Assembly (NCBI GenBank): GCA_964230645.1
Contig: CAXRHT010000001.1
Coordinates: 1-64,000 of the forward strand
Origin: Bdellovibrionales bacterium
Lineage (GTDB): Bacteria > Bdellovibrionota > Bdellovibrionia > Bdellovibrionales > JAGQZY01
Direction of reading: 5' to 3'
DNA: 64,000 nt
The notes beneath the pieces were generated by a model. It was given only the letters and a program-made list of their open reading frames with translations. It had not been told where the DNA came from and did not search any database. This document shows positions 27,820 to 38,167 of the stretch, one piece after another; position 1 is the stretch's first letter; every line of letters starts with the position of its first letter. A program made the position numbers and the translations under genes.

Positions 27820-28872
27820 ATGACTCAAACTTTAGACCTTTATGCTAGAATCCACAGCGTGTTTGATTATTGGGGAAAAATACTTTTCATTTCATTAGTG
27901 GCAGTCTCTTCTTTTTGGATTTCGAATGCCCAAGCAGATATTGGATTCTATCCTCCGGAGACGGTTTTTCAAAAAGAGGTTTATGGTGCTATCTACAAAC
28001 TCCAAGCTGGAGTTTATTTTTCTCAAGAAATTGAGTCCGAGTCTCACTACCAAGAACTTCTAGATCAGTTTGAAAACCACCCGACGCTTCCTAAGGATTT
28101 GAAAAAATGTTTTGAAAATAAAATTTCGCCGTGCCTTTTGAACTTGGGCTATGGTGTCAACGGCAGTGCTGTGGCTCTCAATGAAAATGGCGATCAGGTT
28201 TTATGGACAAACCTTCACCTTGTAAGAAGCTTTGTAAAAGAATGGGTCATTTCTTCTAAAATTACCTCAGCAGAAGTTCTCAAACGGGCCATCAAAAAAG
28301 TGAACATTCCACTCATTTTAAAAAATTCCCGAGGGGAAGTGGTCTTTAACTCGACCACTCCACCGGTTAGTGATCAAGCCTATTTTGAGGCCGTACCGGC
28401 CACTTTATTTTTACCGGAAGCAGGAGCCTCCCCTCTAGGCGTTCCCGATGCTGTTAAAATAAGACTTACTAAAAGACTTCCTCACTCGCTCCAACTTGGT
28501 GAGGAGGCTCCGGTGGGTGCCTCGGTTTTTCTCATTGGCTTTCCTAAGCCCACTGATTCTAGGGAAACTTCTGGCCCCGATAGTAATGGAGTTGATCAAT
28601 ATTTGACTCGAGGAAATGTTATGTCTGCGGCTCAATTGGTGGCCGATTATGAATTAGACGCTCTAACTCTTAGACTTGCGCTCAATGAAGACTACAAATA
28701 CGTGCTCGATACCGATTGTGAACAGGGTATGTCCGGAGGGGCTCTGCTTAATGGGGATGGGCATTTTATTGGTCTCTTTCAAGGTATTTTCTCTCCTAGG
28801 GATTTAGGGCCTTTAGCTTGTATTGCATTAACACCCAGCTCGCTGCGATTTCTCGAAAGTATCTCTCGATAG
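27820..28872 (+). CDS. Secreted trypsin-like serine protease
   Basis: TNLHLV, D, GMSGGAL catalytic motifs. Confidence 0.75.
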   Translation: MTQTLDLYARIHSVFDYWGKILFISLVAVSSFWISNAQADIGFYPPETVFQKEVYGAIYKLQAGVYFSQEIESESHYQELLDQFENHPTLPKDLKKCFENKISPCLLNLGYGVNGSAVALNENGDQVLWTNLHLVRSFVKEWVISSKITSAEVLKRAIKKVNIPLILKNSRGEVVFNSTTPPVSDQAYFEAVPATLFLPEAGASPLGVPDAVKIRLTKRLPHSLQLGEEAPVGASVFLIGFPKPTDSRETSGPDSNGVDQYLTRGNVMSAAQLVADYELDALTLRLALNEDYKYVLDTDCEQGMSGGALLNGDGHFIGLFQGIFSPRDLGPLACIALTPSSLRFLESISR

Positions 28873-28966
28873 CCCTTGCCAAGGCCTTTGAGTTTCGACT
28901 CTTTTCGTCTTGCGACCCCTCTTAAAGCTTCCTATGATTGCCTGGAACCCATTTTGAGGAGGAAAA

Positions 28967-29533
28967 ATGCAAGCCAACGAAGTGATTGAACGTCTGAAAA
29001 AAGGCAATTCTCGTTTTGTGCAGGATCAACTGGAAAGAAACAACCAGGACAATCAAAGAAAAAAAGATCTCACATCAGGGCAAAGCCCTTTTGCCATTAT
29101 CTTAAGTTGTGCTGACAGTCGCGTTGTCCCTGAATTGGCTTTTGATACAGGACTTGGAGAGCTATTCGTCTGCCGAGTGGCTGGGAATATCGCTAACACC
29201 GACACTGTCGCCAGTATCGAATATGCTGTGGCTAATTGTGGATCAAAAGCCATTGTGGTCTTAGGTCACCAATCTTGTGGCGCAGTAACTGCCGCAGTGA
29301 AGGGTGGAGACAATGGGTATAACCTCAATCACCTACTCAGCCAAATCACACCGGCTGTCGCTGGTACAAGTTCTGACGACATCAATGAGGTGGTCAAACA
29401 GAATGCTAAAAATGTGGGAATGGATTTGGTCAATCGATCAAGTATCATCGCTCAGGCGGTCCAATCTGGGGATGTTAAAATCGTTCCCGCCTACTACAGT
29501 TTAGAAAACGGGTCCGTAGAGTTTTTTGAATAA
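28967..29533 (+). CDS. Beta-class carbonic anhydrase
   Basis: CADSRV, RVAGN, GHQSCGAV. Confidence 0.95.
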   Translation: MQANEVIERLKKGNSRFVQDQLERNNQDNQRKKDLTSGQSPFAIILSCADSRVVPELAFDTGLGELFVCRVAGNIANTDTVASIEYAVANCGSKAIVVLGHQSCGAVTAAVKGGDNGYNLNHLLSQITPAVAGTSSDDINEVVKQNAKNVGMDLVNRSSIIAQAVQSGDVKIVPAYYSLENGSVEFFE

Positions 29534-29537
29534 TCTT

Positions 29538-30806
29538 TTATTCACACAATGGAATGAGGGGGAAGCCTTCTTGATTCAGGCGAAGCCCCTCTTCCACTTT
29601 CTGATATTTCACTTTTTCGAAGTCTAGATTCACAAAAAAACTGCCAACCACCGGGTCTTTTTCGTACATACCCCAGTAACCAACGATCTCAGTTGAATCT
29701 CCATAGTGAACGAACTTTTCGTGCATTTTTTCAGTCTGCAAACGTATGAAGGTAACAATTACCCCCTCAACAGACTGGGCTTGATGAAAAGAAGAGGTCA
29801 CACACTGCGTTTTGAAACCACGCTCTTTAAGAACCTCTTGATTTTGTCGAGTGGAATAAGAAAAGCGTATTCCTGTTAAACTGCCTTCGAATCTCTTAAT
29901 CATCTCGTCTTGCCATTGTGTTTCGCCATCGAGGGGGCGGAAGTGAGACTCTTGTACGGCCTGATCAAAAACGTTGTTGCTACTAAAACAATGAGCAGGC
30001 ACTTGACTCATGCCCGTCTCTAGCAGCGGAGAACACGACTGAATACTGACTGTCACCTCATTGTTACCGAAAACAGACGGAGAAAAAGGAGTTTCACTAA
30101 TCGCCTGTGAGATATTTCCTACAAGAGCACCGTCTTTGAAAACTCCAGCTCCTGAAAACCCCTTAATGATCGGCCCATCACAAGTCAGCGTCATAAAACC
30201 CGACTCCTTGATACCAACAATCCTCAATGGAGAGAGAATGGATTTTCTAACAATCTGACAAGTTCTCTTCTCAAGAATATGCTGGTCATCCATGCTTCCC
30301 CAGATCTGGTAAACCCCTGATTCGGAAGTTGTTGGTGTTTCCAGATCGAAGGACTTGTCGATTCTCATTAATACAGTGTCGGGTCTTGTGTGTTTTAAAT
30401 TTGGAGAGGCCTCGGAGTCTGAGATGATCTCTTCACAGCGGGCCACTCGACCACCCGGTAAATAAAACCCAAATGTTTTAGAGCAGTCCCCTTGAGCATC
30501 ATTATTCCATTCACCAAGTGTCCATGGGAAAGCACAATGGGAAGCTGTTTGGATGACGTTGGGTTCAATCAATGTGAAATGGCAGGTGTTCAACTGAATA
30601 TCCGAGGGGTCTTCCATCTCTCCGAGTGTCATTGGCCGAGCAATGATCATTTTTCCCACATTATCGGGACAGTCTTCACAGGAGACTTGGGAGAAGGTCT
30701 CATCGGCGATATCAATAAAGTAGGTATCTGCCGAATTATTTTGCGCCCTGCCAGATGAACTTAGACCGAATATAAAGATAATAACTAAAATTCTTAATAT
30801 TTCCAT
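29538..30806 (-). CDS. Secreted trypsin-like serine protease
   Basis: TASHC, PDTVL, GFSGAGV. Confidence 0.7.
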   Translation of the reverse strand: MEILRILVIIFIFGLSSSGRAQNNSADTYFIDIADETFSQVSCEDCPDNVGKMIIARPMTLGEMEDPSDIQLNTCHFTLIEPNVIQTASHCAFPWTLGEWNNDAQGDCSKTFGFYLPGGRVARCEEIISDSEASPNLKHTRPDTVLMRIDKSFDLETPTTSESGVYQIWGSMDDQHILEKRTCQIVRKSILSPLRIVGIKESGFMTLTCDGPIIKGFSGAGVFKDGALVGNISQAISETPFSPSVFGNNEVTVSIQSCSPLLETGMSQVPAHCFSSNNVFDQAVQESHFRPLDGETQWQDEMIKRFEGSLTGIRFSYSTRQNQEVLKERGFKTQCVTSSFHQAQSVEGVIVTFIRLQTEKMHEKFVHYGDSTEIVGYWGMYEKDPVVGSFFVNLDFEKVKYQKVEEGLRLNQEGFPLIPLCE

Positions 30807-30935
30807 ACCCAGGGGCTATCATAAAACTGTGTTTTCTCTTGTAATATCTGGCATTTATATATTTTTTACCAATTCGTATAGGGTACTTTTGACAGCTTTT
30901 ATGTCTGCCCTATGTTGTGATACACAGGTGAGCAA

Positions 30936-32285
30936 ATGTTTAAGTTGGTTTGTTACAGTACCCTTATTCTGTTGGCTGCTATTCAATGCAGTCCGAAACA
31001 CCGCGATCTAGAGGCTATTAAAAAAAGTGGAACTCTTAGAGTTCTTACTATTAACTCAGAGACCACTTACTACGAAAACCGGGACGGCCAGGGCGACGGG
31101 CTTGAGTACGTCATGGCCAAGGACTTCGCCGATTTTCTCAATGTAAAATTACAGGTCATAGTGAAAGACTCCGTAGCCGAACTCTTTGATAGTTTAAAAG
31201 CCGGGCGAGGAGACCTCATCGCTGCGACCATTTCAAAGACCGAAAAAAGAAAAGAAAACTGGCTTTTTGGGCCCTCCTATCAAACTGAACAACAACAGCT
31301 CGTTTGCCAGAAGAAGATTTCTCCAAAAACCCTCACTGACCTGCAAAAATTTGAAGTGGTGGTTGGAGTGAAGACAAGTTATCACGAACGCCTGATCCAG
31401 TTAGCCAAAGAATATGAGGGTCTTAGTTGGCGCGTGGAATACGATGTCACAACTCCTGAGCTCTTTAAAAAAATCGCAGAGGGAAGTATCGACTGTACGA
31501 TCGCTGACTCCAGTGTGGTGAAGGTCTATCAACGTTACTTTCCCGAACTCAAAGTCTCCTTAGATATCGGGTCCCCCCAAGAGGTTGCGTGGGCTTTTCG
31601 CCCTGAACAAGAAGAACTGGAAGAACAGGTAAAGCTTTGGTTCGACAAAGTGAAAGTGAGAAAACTTAAAAAATGGAAAAAGGATTTTTACTTTTTTGTT
31701 AAAAACTTTGACCCCTTTGATATTCGCAAACTTATCGAAAGAATTGAAACCAGACTTCCGAAGTATGAACTCCTTCTTAAACAAGCCGCTGAGTCCATAG
31801 GATGGGAGTGGACCTTGTTAGCCGCCATCTCTTATCAGGAGTCCCATTGGAACCCGAAAGCCAAAAGCCCGACAGGTGTGCGGGGTTTTATGATGCTCAC
31901 CAGAAACACTGCTAAAGCTATGGGAGTCAAGAATCGCCTTGATCCCAAAGCCAGTATTCTAGGTGGAGCTCGCTACCTTGAGCGATTAGAAAAAAGGGTC
32001 CCAAGCTACATCCCTTATCCCGATCGAAAGTGGATGACGCTGGCTTCTTACAATGTGGGATTTGCCCATGTCAGAGATGCCCGAGGTGTGGCGGCCTGGC
32101 AGGGAGAAAACCCCAACACTTGGACAGGACTCCGCGAAGTGCTCCCACTACTTTCTTCTAAAAAGATTTATAAAAGACTACCTCATGGTTATGCCAGAGG
32201 ACTTGAACCTGTGCTCTATGTGAGTCGCATAAGAAATTACCATGGAGTGATAAAACGGGAGCTTCTACGTAAGGGGCGCCTGTAA
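30936..32285 (+). CDS. mltF: Membrane-bound lytic murein transglycosylase MltF
   Basis: SBP domain plus LAAISYQESHWNP, SPTGVRG.MMLT, ASYNVG, GYARG.EPV.YV. Confidence 0.95.
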   Translation: MFKLVCYSTLILLAAIQCSPKHRDLEAIKKSGTLRVLTINSETTYYENRDGQGDGLEYVMAKDFADFLNVKLQVIVKDSVAELFDSLKAGRGDLIAATISKTEKRKENWLFGPSYQTEQQQLVCQKKISPKTLTDLQKFEVVVGVKTSYHERLIQLAKEYEGLSWRVEYDVTTPELFKKIAEGSIDCTIADSSVVKVYQRYFPELKVSLDIGSPQEVAWAFRPEQEELEEQVKLWFDKVKVRKLKKWKKDFYFFVKNFDPFDIRKLIERIETRLPKYELLLKQAAESIGWEWTLLAAISYQESHWNPKAKSPTGVRGFMMLTRNTAKAMGVKNRLDPKASILGGARYLERLEKRVPSYIPYPDRKWMTLASYNVGFAHVRDARGVAAWQGENPNTWTGLREVLPLLSSKKIYKRLPHGYARGLEPVLYVSRIRNYHGVIKRELLRKGRL

Positions 32286-32355
32286 AATATTTGAGAGATC
32301 TGGATTGACTCTCTCTTTTTGGTTAAGCTAAGAGGATTGCAATCGAGCTTCCAAA

Positions 32356-32460
32356 GGTCCTTCGGCTTCGCCTCAGGACGACAATGGAATGATCGGCTCT
32401 GGACGACAATGGAATGATCGGCTCTGGACGACATTTTTTTCTTAGCCTCAGGTCGACAAT
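32356..32460. repeat. REP-like repeat with 25-bp tandem units
   Basis: GGTCCTTCGGCTTCGCCTCAGGACGAC then GGACGACAATGGAATGATCGGCTCT x2. Confidence 0.8.
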
Positions 32461-32469
32461 GGGGAGTTT

Positions 32470-33702
32470 TTAGAAGATTTGGGAGAATTGGATGGAGCCG
32501 CCTTCCCAGGTTTCACCCGTACCAAACTTATCGCCATCAAAAGTGAGCAGGAGATGAAAGCGCGTCCTTTCGTCACTGTAGAAAGCATAGCGACCGTTTA
32601 TGCGGTGATTGACTTTGTTATCCGTATCGAGCTGACTTCTCAGAAAATCAGAACCCTCTCCAATATGCCAAGTGAACTCATAGCCAAGATCAATATTGTG
32701 AACACTTTTACCATTCCTGTTGCTGTAGATATTGAACCAGGCGTGCGGGAGAAGGTCGCGGTGGATGACTTGTCCTTGACTTGATTGCCAATGGGAGTAA
32801 TTCAAACGTAGGCCATAGAGTTTTAATGGTGAATTCGGATTTCGTATTTGGAAAAGTCCATTGTAATGCTCGGCTTCCCACTGGATAATACCTTGGTCTC
32901 TATTCTCGGTATCTCTCTCTAGGCTTTTTCTGGCGTTAATCTCCATTTGGAAATATTGAGGCACCTTGCCAAAGGATTCTATCCACTTAACCCCGGCCTG
33001 AGTCTGAAAAAAAGCGTAGCGTCTCGAACTTTCCGGAAAAACATGAATGGTCTCAAGATCTCTTTTCACAAAGATTTCTATAAACTCCTTAGAGTCTTTC
33101 GAAGGAGAATGACGCCATACCGCACCCACTGTCCCAGGTTTTTTTTGGTAGTAATCCGGGTTTTCGTTACGTTTATTTAAGGAAAAGTCCACCCAAGTGT
33201 AAAAGGCTCTTACGTAGGAGTACTCACCTAACCAAGTAATCAAAGCCAATCCGATGTCATCTTCTTTTTTAAAAGTAGAGGGCTGTCCGTATAGGGCCAC
33301 TTCAAATAGAGAATTGAGTTTGTAAGAGAATTCGAAAACAATCGACTGTCGCCATTGGGTGTAGTCTCCCACTTCCGAGTAAAAAAAGGAGAACCTTAGG
33401 CGATCGGTTATATTTTCAGAAAAGCGAATTCTTCCTTGGGTGAGAAAACGTGTCGGCCCAAGACTTCCCGCTGTGTATTGAAAAACTTGATCTTGCTTCC
33501 ACCAAAAAGAGTTCCATTGATTCAAGAACTCATAGGTTAATCGATCCGACTGGTACTCTCCGTCCACAAATCGCGGACTATTGATTTCGGCTTCCTCCTC
33601 ACTCCCCCAATGAGAATACTCAACAAAAGGGGCCTCGGCTTTTAAGCTCAGAGGAAAAAAAATAATCAGTAGGAGTGTCTTTAATTTAGCTCTCGCTGAC
33701 AT
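32470..33702 (-). CDS. Putative outer membrane beta-barrel protein
   Basis: Signal peptide, aromatic amphipathic strands, C-terminal FSQIF. Confidence 0.6.
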   Translation of the reverse strand: MSARAKLKTLLLIIFFPLSLKAEAPFVEYSHWGSEEEAEINSPRFVDGEYQSDRLTYEFLNQWNSFWWKQDQVFQYTAGSLGPTRFLTQGRIRFSENITDRLRFSFFYSEVGDYTQWRQSIVFEFSYKLNSLFEVALYGQPSTFKKEDDIGLALITWLGEYSYVRAFYTWVDFSLNKRNENPDYYQKKPGTVGAVWRHSPSKDSKEFIEIFVKRDLETIHVFPESSRRYAFFQTQAGVKWIESFGKVPQYFQMEINARKSLERDTENRDQGIIQWEAEHYNGLFQIRNPNSPLKLYGLRLNYSHWQSSQGQVIHRDLLPHAWFNIYSNRNGKSVHNIDLGYEFTWHIGEGSDFLRSQLDTDNKVNHRINGRYAFYSDERTRFHLLLTFDGDKFGTGETWEGGSIQFSQIF

Positions 33703-34498
33703 AGTCTTCGTAGTTATGTTCTTTTAAGCATTCATCGACATTGTTCTGAAGGCGCCTTGTCGCCCCTCCATTGTTCTCACGCAAACAGAACTCTTTGATC
33801 ACCTCACCGGTTCGCTTGCGATGGAATTTAGAGGTCTCACCAATGGGCACTCGAAATTCACTGACTTTTTTATTTCGAATCACTTTCATTGGAGCTGTTG
33901 GTCCTTTACTTTTATCCATAGCTACATAAAAATCGAGACTGTCCTTGGTTCTCATCCCGTTCACGGAGACAATCACGTCATCTAACTTTAGGGGACCCTT
34001 ATCCGGATTGTTTATCTCTACCACCTGAAGAGCGGAGCCAAAATCAGTCACATAATCTTTGATGAGATTGGCTGCCAACTTTTTAAAATGAACCCCTTGC
34101 ATGTCTTGAAACACCTCGCGTTCACAGCGAAAAAAGGTGATATGGGAGGGATAAATATTTGTGCTTTCATAATTATAGAGGCCACCATTTGAGGTCATAC
34201 CCAAATTGCTCTTACGAAGGGCTCTGGTGTGATTTTGGGTTTGGTTGGCGATAAGAGCAAATTTGTTTTGGCTTTCACAGTACTTTAGAGCGGCCATGCG
34301 TGAATACACATTCGAGTCTTTGACCTTGGTGTACTGGTTGCCATGGTACCAAGCTCCGTGGGTGAAGTATCGCCCCTTCTCAAACTCCTTAATTTTATAG
34401 CCAAAACCTTTATCATCGGATGGCTTAAAACCTGTGGCACAAGAAGATAAAATCAATATTGAGAGGGCGTAACTTATAAGAAGAGAAAATTTGATCAT
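33686..34498 (-). CDS. Lipoprotein with PDZ-like domain
   Basis: LSSC lipobox, GNQYT, LKLDDVIVSVNG...VIRN. Confidence 0.7.
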   Translation of the reverse strand: MIKFSLLISYALSILILSSCATGFKPSDDKGFGYKIKEFEKGRYFTHGAWYHGNQYTKVKDSNVYSRMAALKYCESQNKFALIANQTQNHTRALRKSNLGMTSNGGLYNYESTNIYPSHITFFRCEREVFQDMQGVHFKKLAANLIKDYVTDFGSALQVVEINNPDKGPLKLDDVIVSVNGMRTKDSLDFYVAMDKSKGPTAPMKVIRNKKVSEFRVPIGETSKFHRKRTGEVIKEFCLRENNGGATRRLQNNVDECLKEHNYEDYVSES

Positions 34499-34905
34499 TA
34501 GTTTCTTTCCCATCGACAGCTTAAAAAGCTTTTGATTGTCTCAGGACCATATTCCGACAAATTTTCAAACACGATTTTCAGAAATCCCGACTGTCCTGAT
34601 AAAAGCTTGGCACTTAATTCCACTCGGTACAAATGGCGGGTTTGTCCAAAAAGACCCTTACCAATATTTGTGCAAGAGGCTGAATCGTAAGTTTTTAATC
34701 CCAGCCATCCCTCATAATTTTCTGTGGGTCTCTCAAGTGGAGCTCTTAGAGTTTCACAACTTCCAGTGGAAGAACTCAGAACCCATTGACCCTCACTATG
34801 TGCCACAAAAAGAGGCTCTTTTAAGATCCTGTCGTTGACACAAATCATTTGGGCTACCGCTAGGTTAGAAAACAATAGAATTAGTAAAAACTGAATGGAG
34901 CGCAT
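34498..34905 (-). CDS. Secreted hypothetical protein
   Basis: Signal peptide, RBS AGGAGG, stop/start overlap with next gene. Confidence 0.65.
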   Translation of the reverse strand: MRSIQFLLILLFSNLAVAQMICVNDRILKEPLFVAHSEGQWVLSSSTGSCETLRAPLERPTENYEGWLGLKTYDSASCTNIGKGLFGQTRHLYRVELSAKLLSGQSGFLKIVFENLSEYGPETIKSFLSCRWERN

Positions 34906-35053
34906 CTCCCCTCCTTGATCCCTTTAAAATGAAAAGAACTTGATACCTGAAAACAAGGGTTGGATCAATTAATCTACTCTCTCAGCGCAGTAGATATGGT
35001 ATTTTTAGCAGGATTGTGCGTAAATTAAGGTTCTCCTTAACGGAAGCAAAACT

Positions 35054-38000
35054 ATGAGCAGACTCTTACATTATTTTGCCTCAAGGCCTTTTATTGGTAA
35101 TGTTCTGATGTTTGGTCTGATTATTCTTTCTGTGGTGATGTGGGACTATATTGGCAAAGAGGAAAGGCCCGAGTTTTCCGTTCATTGGCTGAGAGTGAGC
35201 ATTCCCTATCCTGGTGCCTCGGCTGAAGATGTGGAGCTTTTTGTATTAAAACCGATTGAAGAACAGCTCAAAGGGATATCGGGGTTACGGGATATCAACA
35301 ACTCAGCCACCTTCGGTCAGGCGAGCCTTAGTATCACCACCGACCCCTACATTGATAACTTCAGAGAAAAAGTACAGGAAATAAAAGATGCGGTTGAAAG
35401 AGCGGATCTGCCCACAGAAACGGAAGATCCCGTCTTTGATCGTTACAATAGTTCTGAAAAAGCGATCATGGATATAGCTCTATATCTAGAGGGAGCGGAA
35501 TTACTGACCGTTGAGGAGCGCTATAAACTACAGGAATATGCTCTCACCTTTAAAAACCAATTACTCTCACTACCAGAGGTGAGTGGTGTGGAAACAAAGG
35601 GCTATTTGAAACCTGAGCTTCAGATTAAAGTCGACCCGGAGAAGTTAATTCTCTACGAGTTGCCACTGGCGGAAGTCGCCAGCCAAATCCAAAGCCAACA
35701 TATTAGAACCCCTTTAGGGGCCATGGAAAACCGAGAGGAATCGGAAGTGGCCTTGAAATCTTTTTTGGACGACATCAAACCCCTTGAAAGAACTGTTCTT
35801 CGCAATAGCTTCCAGGGAGCAAAACTTACGGTCAAAGACCTTGCGGAGGTGGGACGTGGTTTTGAAAGAAGTATCGCTATTTCCAAGATCCAGGGACATG
35901 AAGCCGTTGTTTTTAACATTCAAAAAAGTCAAAGCTCTGGAATTTTAAAAGCGCGAGAAGCCACTTTTAAACTCACTAATAAGTTTCTTAAAAGCCATGA
36001 AGGTTCCGCTCTCAGAATTCAAATTCTTGACGATGAGTCCTATGACATCCGCAACCGTTTAGCGATTATTGCCACCAACGGAATCGCCGGTTTTGTTACT
36101 ATTCTGCTTATTTTATTTTTCTTTTTAGATTTAAAGTCTGGCTTTTGGGTGGCTATGGGGCTCCCCTTTTCATTAGCCTTCACATTGATCGGCTGTCTGG
36201 TGCTTGGATACACTGTGAACAATGTAACATTGGCTGCTGTGATCATTGTTTTAGGAATCGTGGTCGATGATGCCATTATTGTGGCCGATAACATTGATAA
36301 ACAAAAACGCCTGGGGCTTGGTTCTGTTAAAGCGGCAAGCTCTGGCGCCCGCAGAGTGATTCAACCAGTGTTGGCCGGGGTCCTAACCACCTGTGTGGCC
36401 TTTGTTCCTCTACTCTTTTTTGAAGGGCGTTTTGGGATGATGGTTACCAACATTCCTCTTATTGTAACACTCATGCTCCTTGCCAGTTTACTGGAGTCCT
36501 TTTTTATTTTACCAGGTCACCTGAATAAGCTTGAAACACGCAGTGAGCGTAAAAGTCTTCCTTGGACGCAATTTAGACAAAGTTTCATGTTGCGAATGGA
36601 GAACTTTTACGAAAAAAGCCTTAGAGGCGCATTGAAATTGCGCTGGCTCACTCTGGCTTCCTTTGTCATAGTGTTACTCGCTTCGGGTTGGGTTTTAACT
36701 GAAAAACTGAAGTTTGTGATGTTTCCAAGAGACAACCCCAAAGAGTTTGCTGTTAAAGTTATTGCTCCTGAGGGAACCACTCGTTTGGAAACAGCAAAAC
36801 TTGTCAAAAAAGTAGAAAAGTTATTTGTGGATGATCACTTTGATGCGGTGGTGGGTTTTCGAACGGTGATCGCCGAGAGCCGTCGAGGTGGTCAGGTGCG
36901 CGAGAATGAAGCCAATCTGCGAGTGGAACTCGTCCCCCCTTCGGATCAGCCAGCGCCATTTAATGATATGCTCGACTACTGGGAGGAAAAAGCCTCTGAG
37001 TTTCCTGAATTTGAAGAGGTTCGATTTATTGAAAGTTGGTGGAGTTCGGATAGTGGCTCACCCATCGCCATTGAGGTACGCGAGAACAATGACGACAAAC
37101 GAAAAATGATTTCTGAAAAATTAAAAACGGAAATGGAAAAGCTCTCAAGCCTTCAAAACGTGGAAATCGAGCGCCCCATCATTAAAGATGAATACACCCT
37201 TGATCTCGATAGCTCTGAAGCCATGAGGCTTAATATCGACCCTTCCCAATTGGCTCGAACCATGCGGTCTTATATACAAGGGCAAATTCTTTATCGTCTT
37301 TATACCGATGAGGAAGTGGACGTCCGATTGACTAGTCAGAACGGAGCCAAAGATCAGATCTCCCATATTTTAAATCTAAGAGCTTCCAACAATCAAGGCT
37401 ACCTCGTTCCCATCAAACAATTAGTAGAGGTCAAAAAACAGCCTAAGGCGGCTAACATTCAAAGAATCAATTATAAAAGAGCTAATAATGTTTACGCGGA
37501 CTTGGCCTACAACCCCACCAAAACCCCTCTTGATATCGCCACATATCTTGAAGATCAGGTTTTTCCAAAACTATCGAAAATAAGTCCTTCCACTATTTTT
37601 GCCTTTCGAGGTGAAATCGAGGACTCCAGAGAGTCTCAATCTGATTTTATGGTGGCAGGCATTTTAGTCCTGGCATTCATTTACATTATCCTTATGTTTA
37701 TGTTTAGCTCTCTGATAATGCCCATCATGATTTGTGCAGCGATTCCTTTTGGTATCGCCGGAGTTATATTCGCGTTCTGGGCCCATGGCCTGGCCACTTT
37801 CGGTTTTTTCGCCCTCATTGGTGCCATCGGAATGTTAGGAGTGGTGATCAATGATTCCATTATTATGGTTGACCTTTTTGAGGAGAGGGACCATTCGGAC
37901 ACAAAACAGACCGATAACCTTACCGAACGTATCGCCGCTTTGGCAAAAACAAGACTTCGCCCCGTGATTCTCACAACGCTCACCACTGTGGCTGGTGTTT

Positions 38001-38167
38001 TCCCCACAGCTTATGGTATCGGCGGCTATGATGCCATGCTTGCTGATATGATGCTCTCCATGGGATGGGGTCTTATTTTTGGAACCTCAATCACTTTGTT
38101 TTTTATGCCCATCATGTACTCTTTTATATACTCGGCCAGACAAATGGTAACAAAAGAGGTCCCATGA
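35054..38167 (+). CDS. AcrB-type RND transporter
   Basis: YPGASAEDVE, GIVVDDAII, RLRPVILTTLTT. Confidence 0.95.
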   Translation: MSRLLHYFASRPFIGNVLMFGLIILSVVMWDYIGKEERPEFSVHWLRVSIPYPGASAEDVELFVLKPIEEQLKGISGLRDINNSATFGQASLSITTDPYIDNFREKVQEIKDAVERADLPTETEDPVFDRYNSSEKAIMDIALYLEGAELLTVEERYKLQEYALTFKNQLLSLPEVSGVETKGYLKPELQIKVDPEKLILYELPLAEVASQIQSQHIRTPLGAMENREESEVALKSFLDDIKPLERTVLRNSFQGAKLTVKDLAEVGRGFERSIAISKIQGHEAVVFNIQKSQSSGILKAREATFKLTNKFLKSHEGSALRIQILDDESYDIRNRLAIIATNGIAGFVTILLILFFFLDLKSGFWVAMGLPFSLAFTLIGCLVLGYTVNNVTLAAVIIVLGIVVDDAIIVADNIDKQKRLGLGSVKAASSGARRVIQPVLAGVLTTCVAFVPLLFFEGRFGMMVTNIPLIVTLMLLASLLESFFILPGHLNKLETRSERKSLPWTQFRQSFMLRMENFYEKSLRGALKLRWLTLASFVIVLLASGWVLTEKLKFVMFPRDNPKEFAVKVIAPEGTTRLETAKLVKKVEKLFVDDHFDAVVGFRTVIAESRRGGQVRENEANLRVELVPPSDQPAPFNDMLDYWEEKASEFPEFEEVRFIESWWSSDSGSPIAIEVRENNDDKRKMISEKLKTEMEKLSSLQNVEIERPIIKDEYTLDLDSSEAMRLNIDPSQLARTMRSYIQGQILYRLYTDEEVDVRLTSQNGAKDQISHILNLRASNNQGYLVPIKQLVEVKKQPKAANIQRINYKRANNVYADLAYNPTKTPLDIATYLEDQVFPKLSKISPSTIFAFRGEIEDSRESQSDFMVAGILVLAFIYIILMFMFSSLIMPIMICAAIPFGIAGVIFAFWAHGLATFGFFALIGAIGMLGVVINDSIIMVDLFEERDHSDTKQTDNLTERIAALAKTRLRPVILTTLTTVAGVFPTAYGIGGYDAMLADMMLSMGWGLIFGTSITLFFMPIMYSFIYSARQMVTKEVP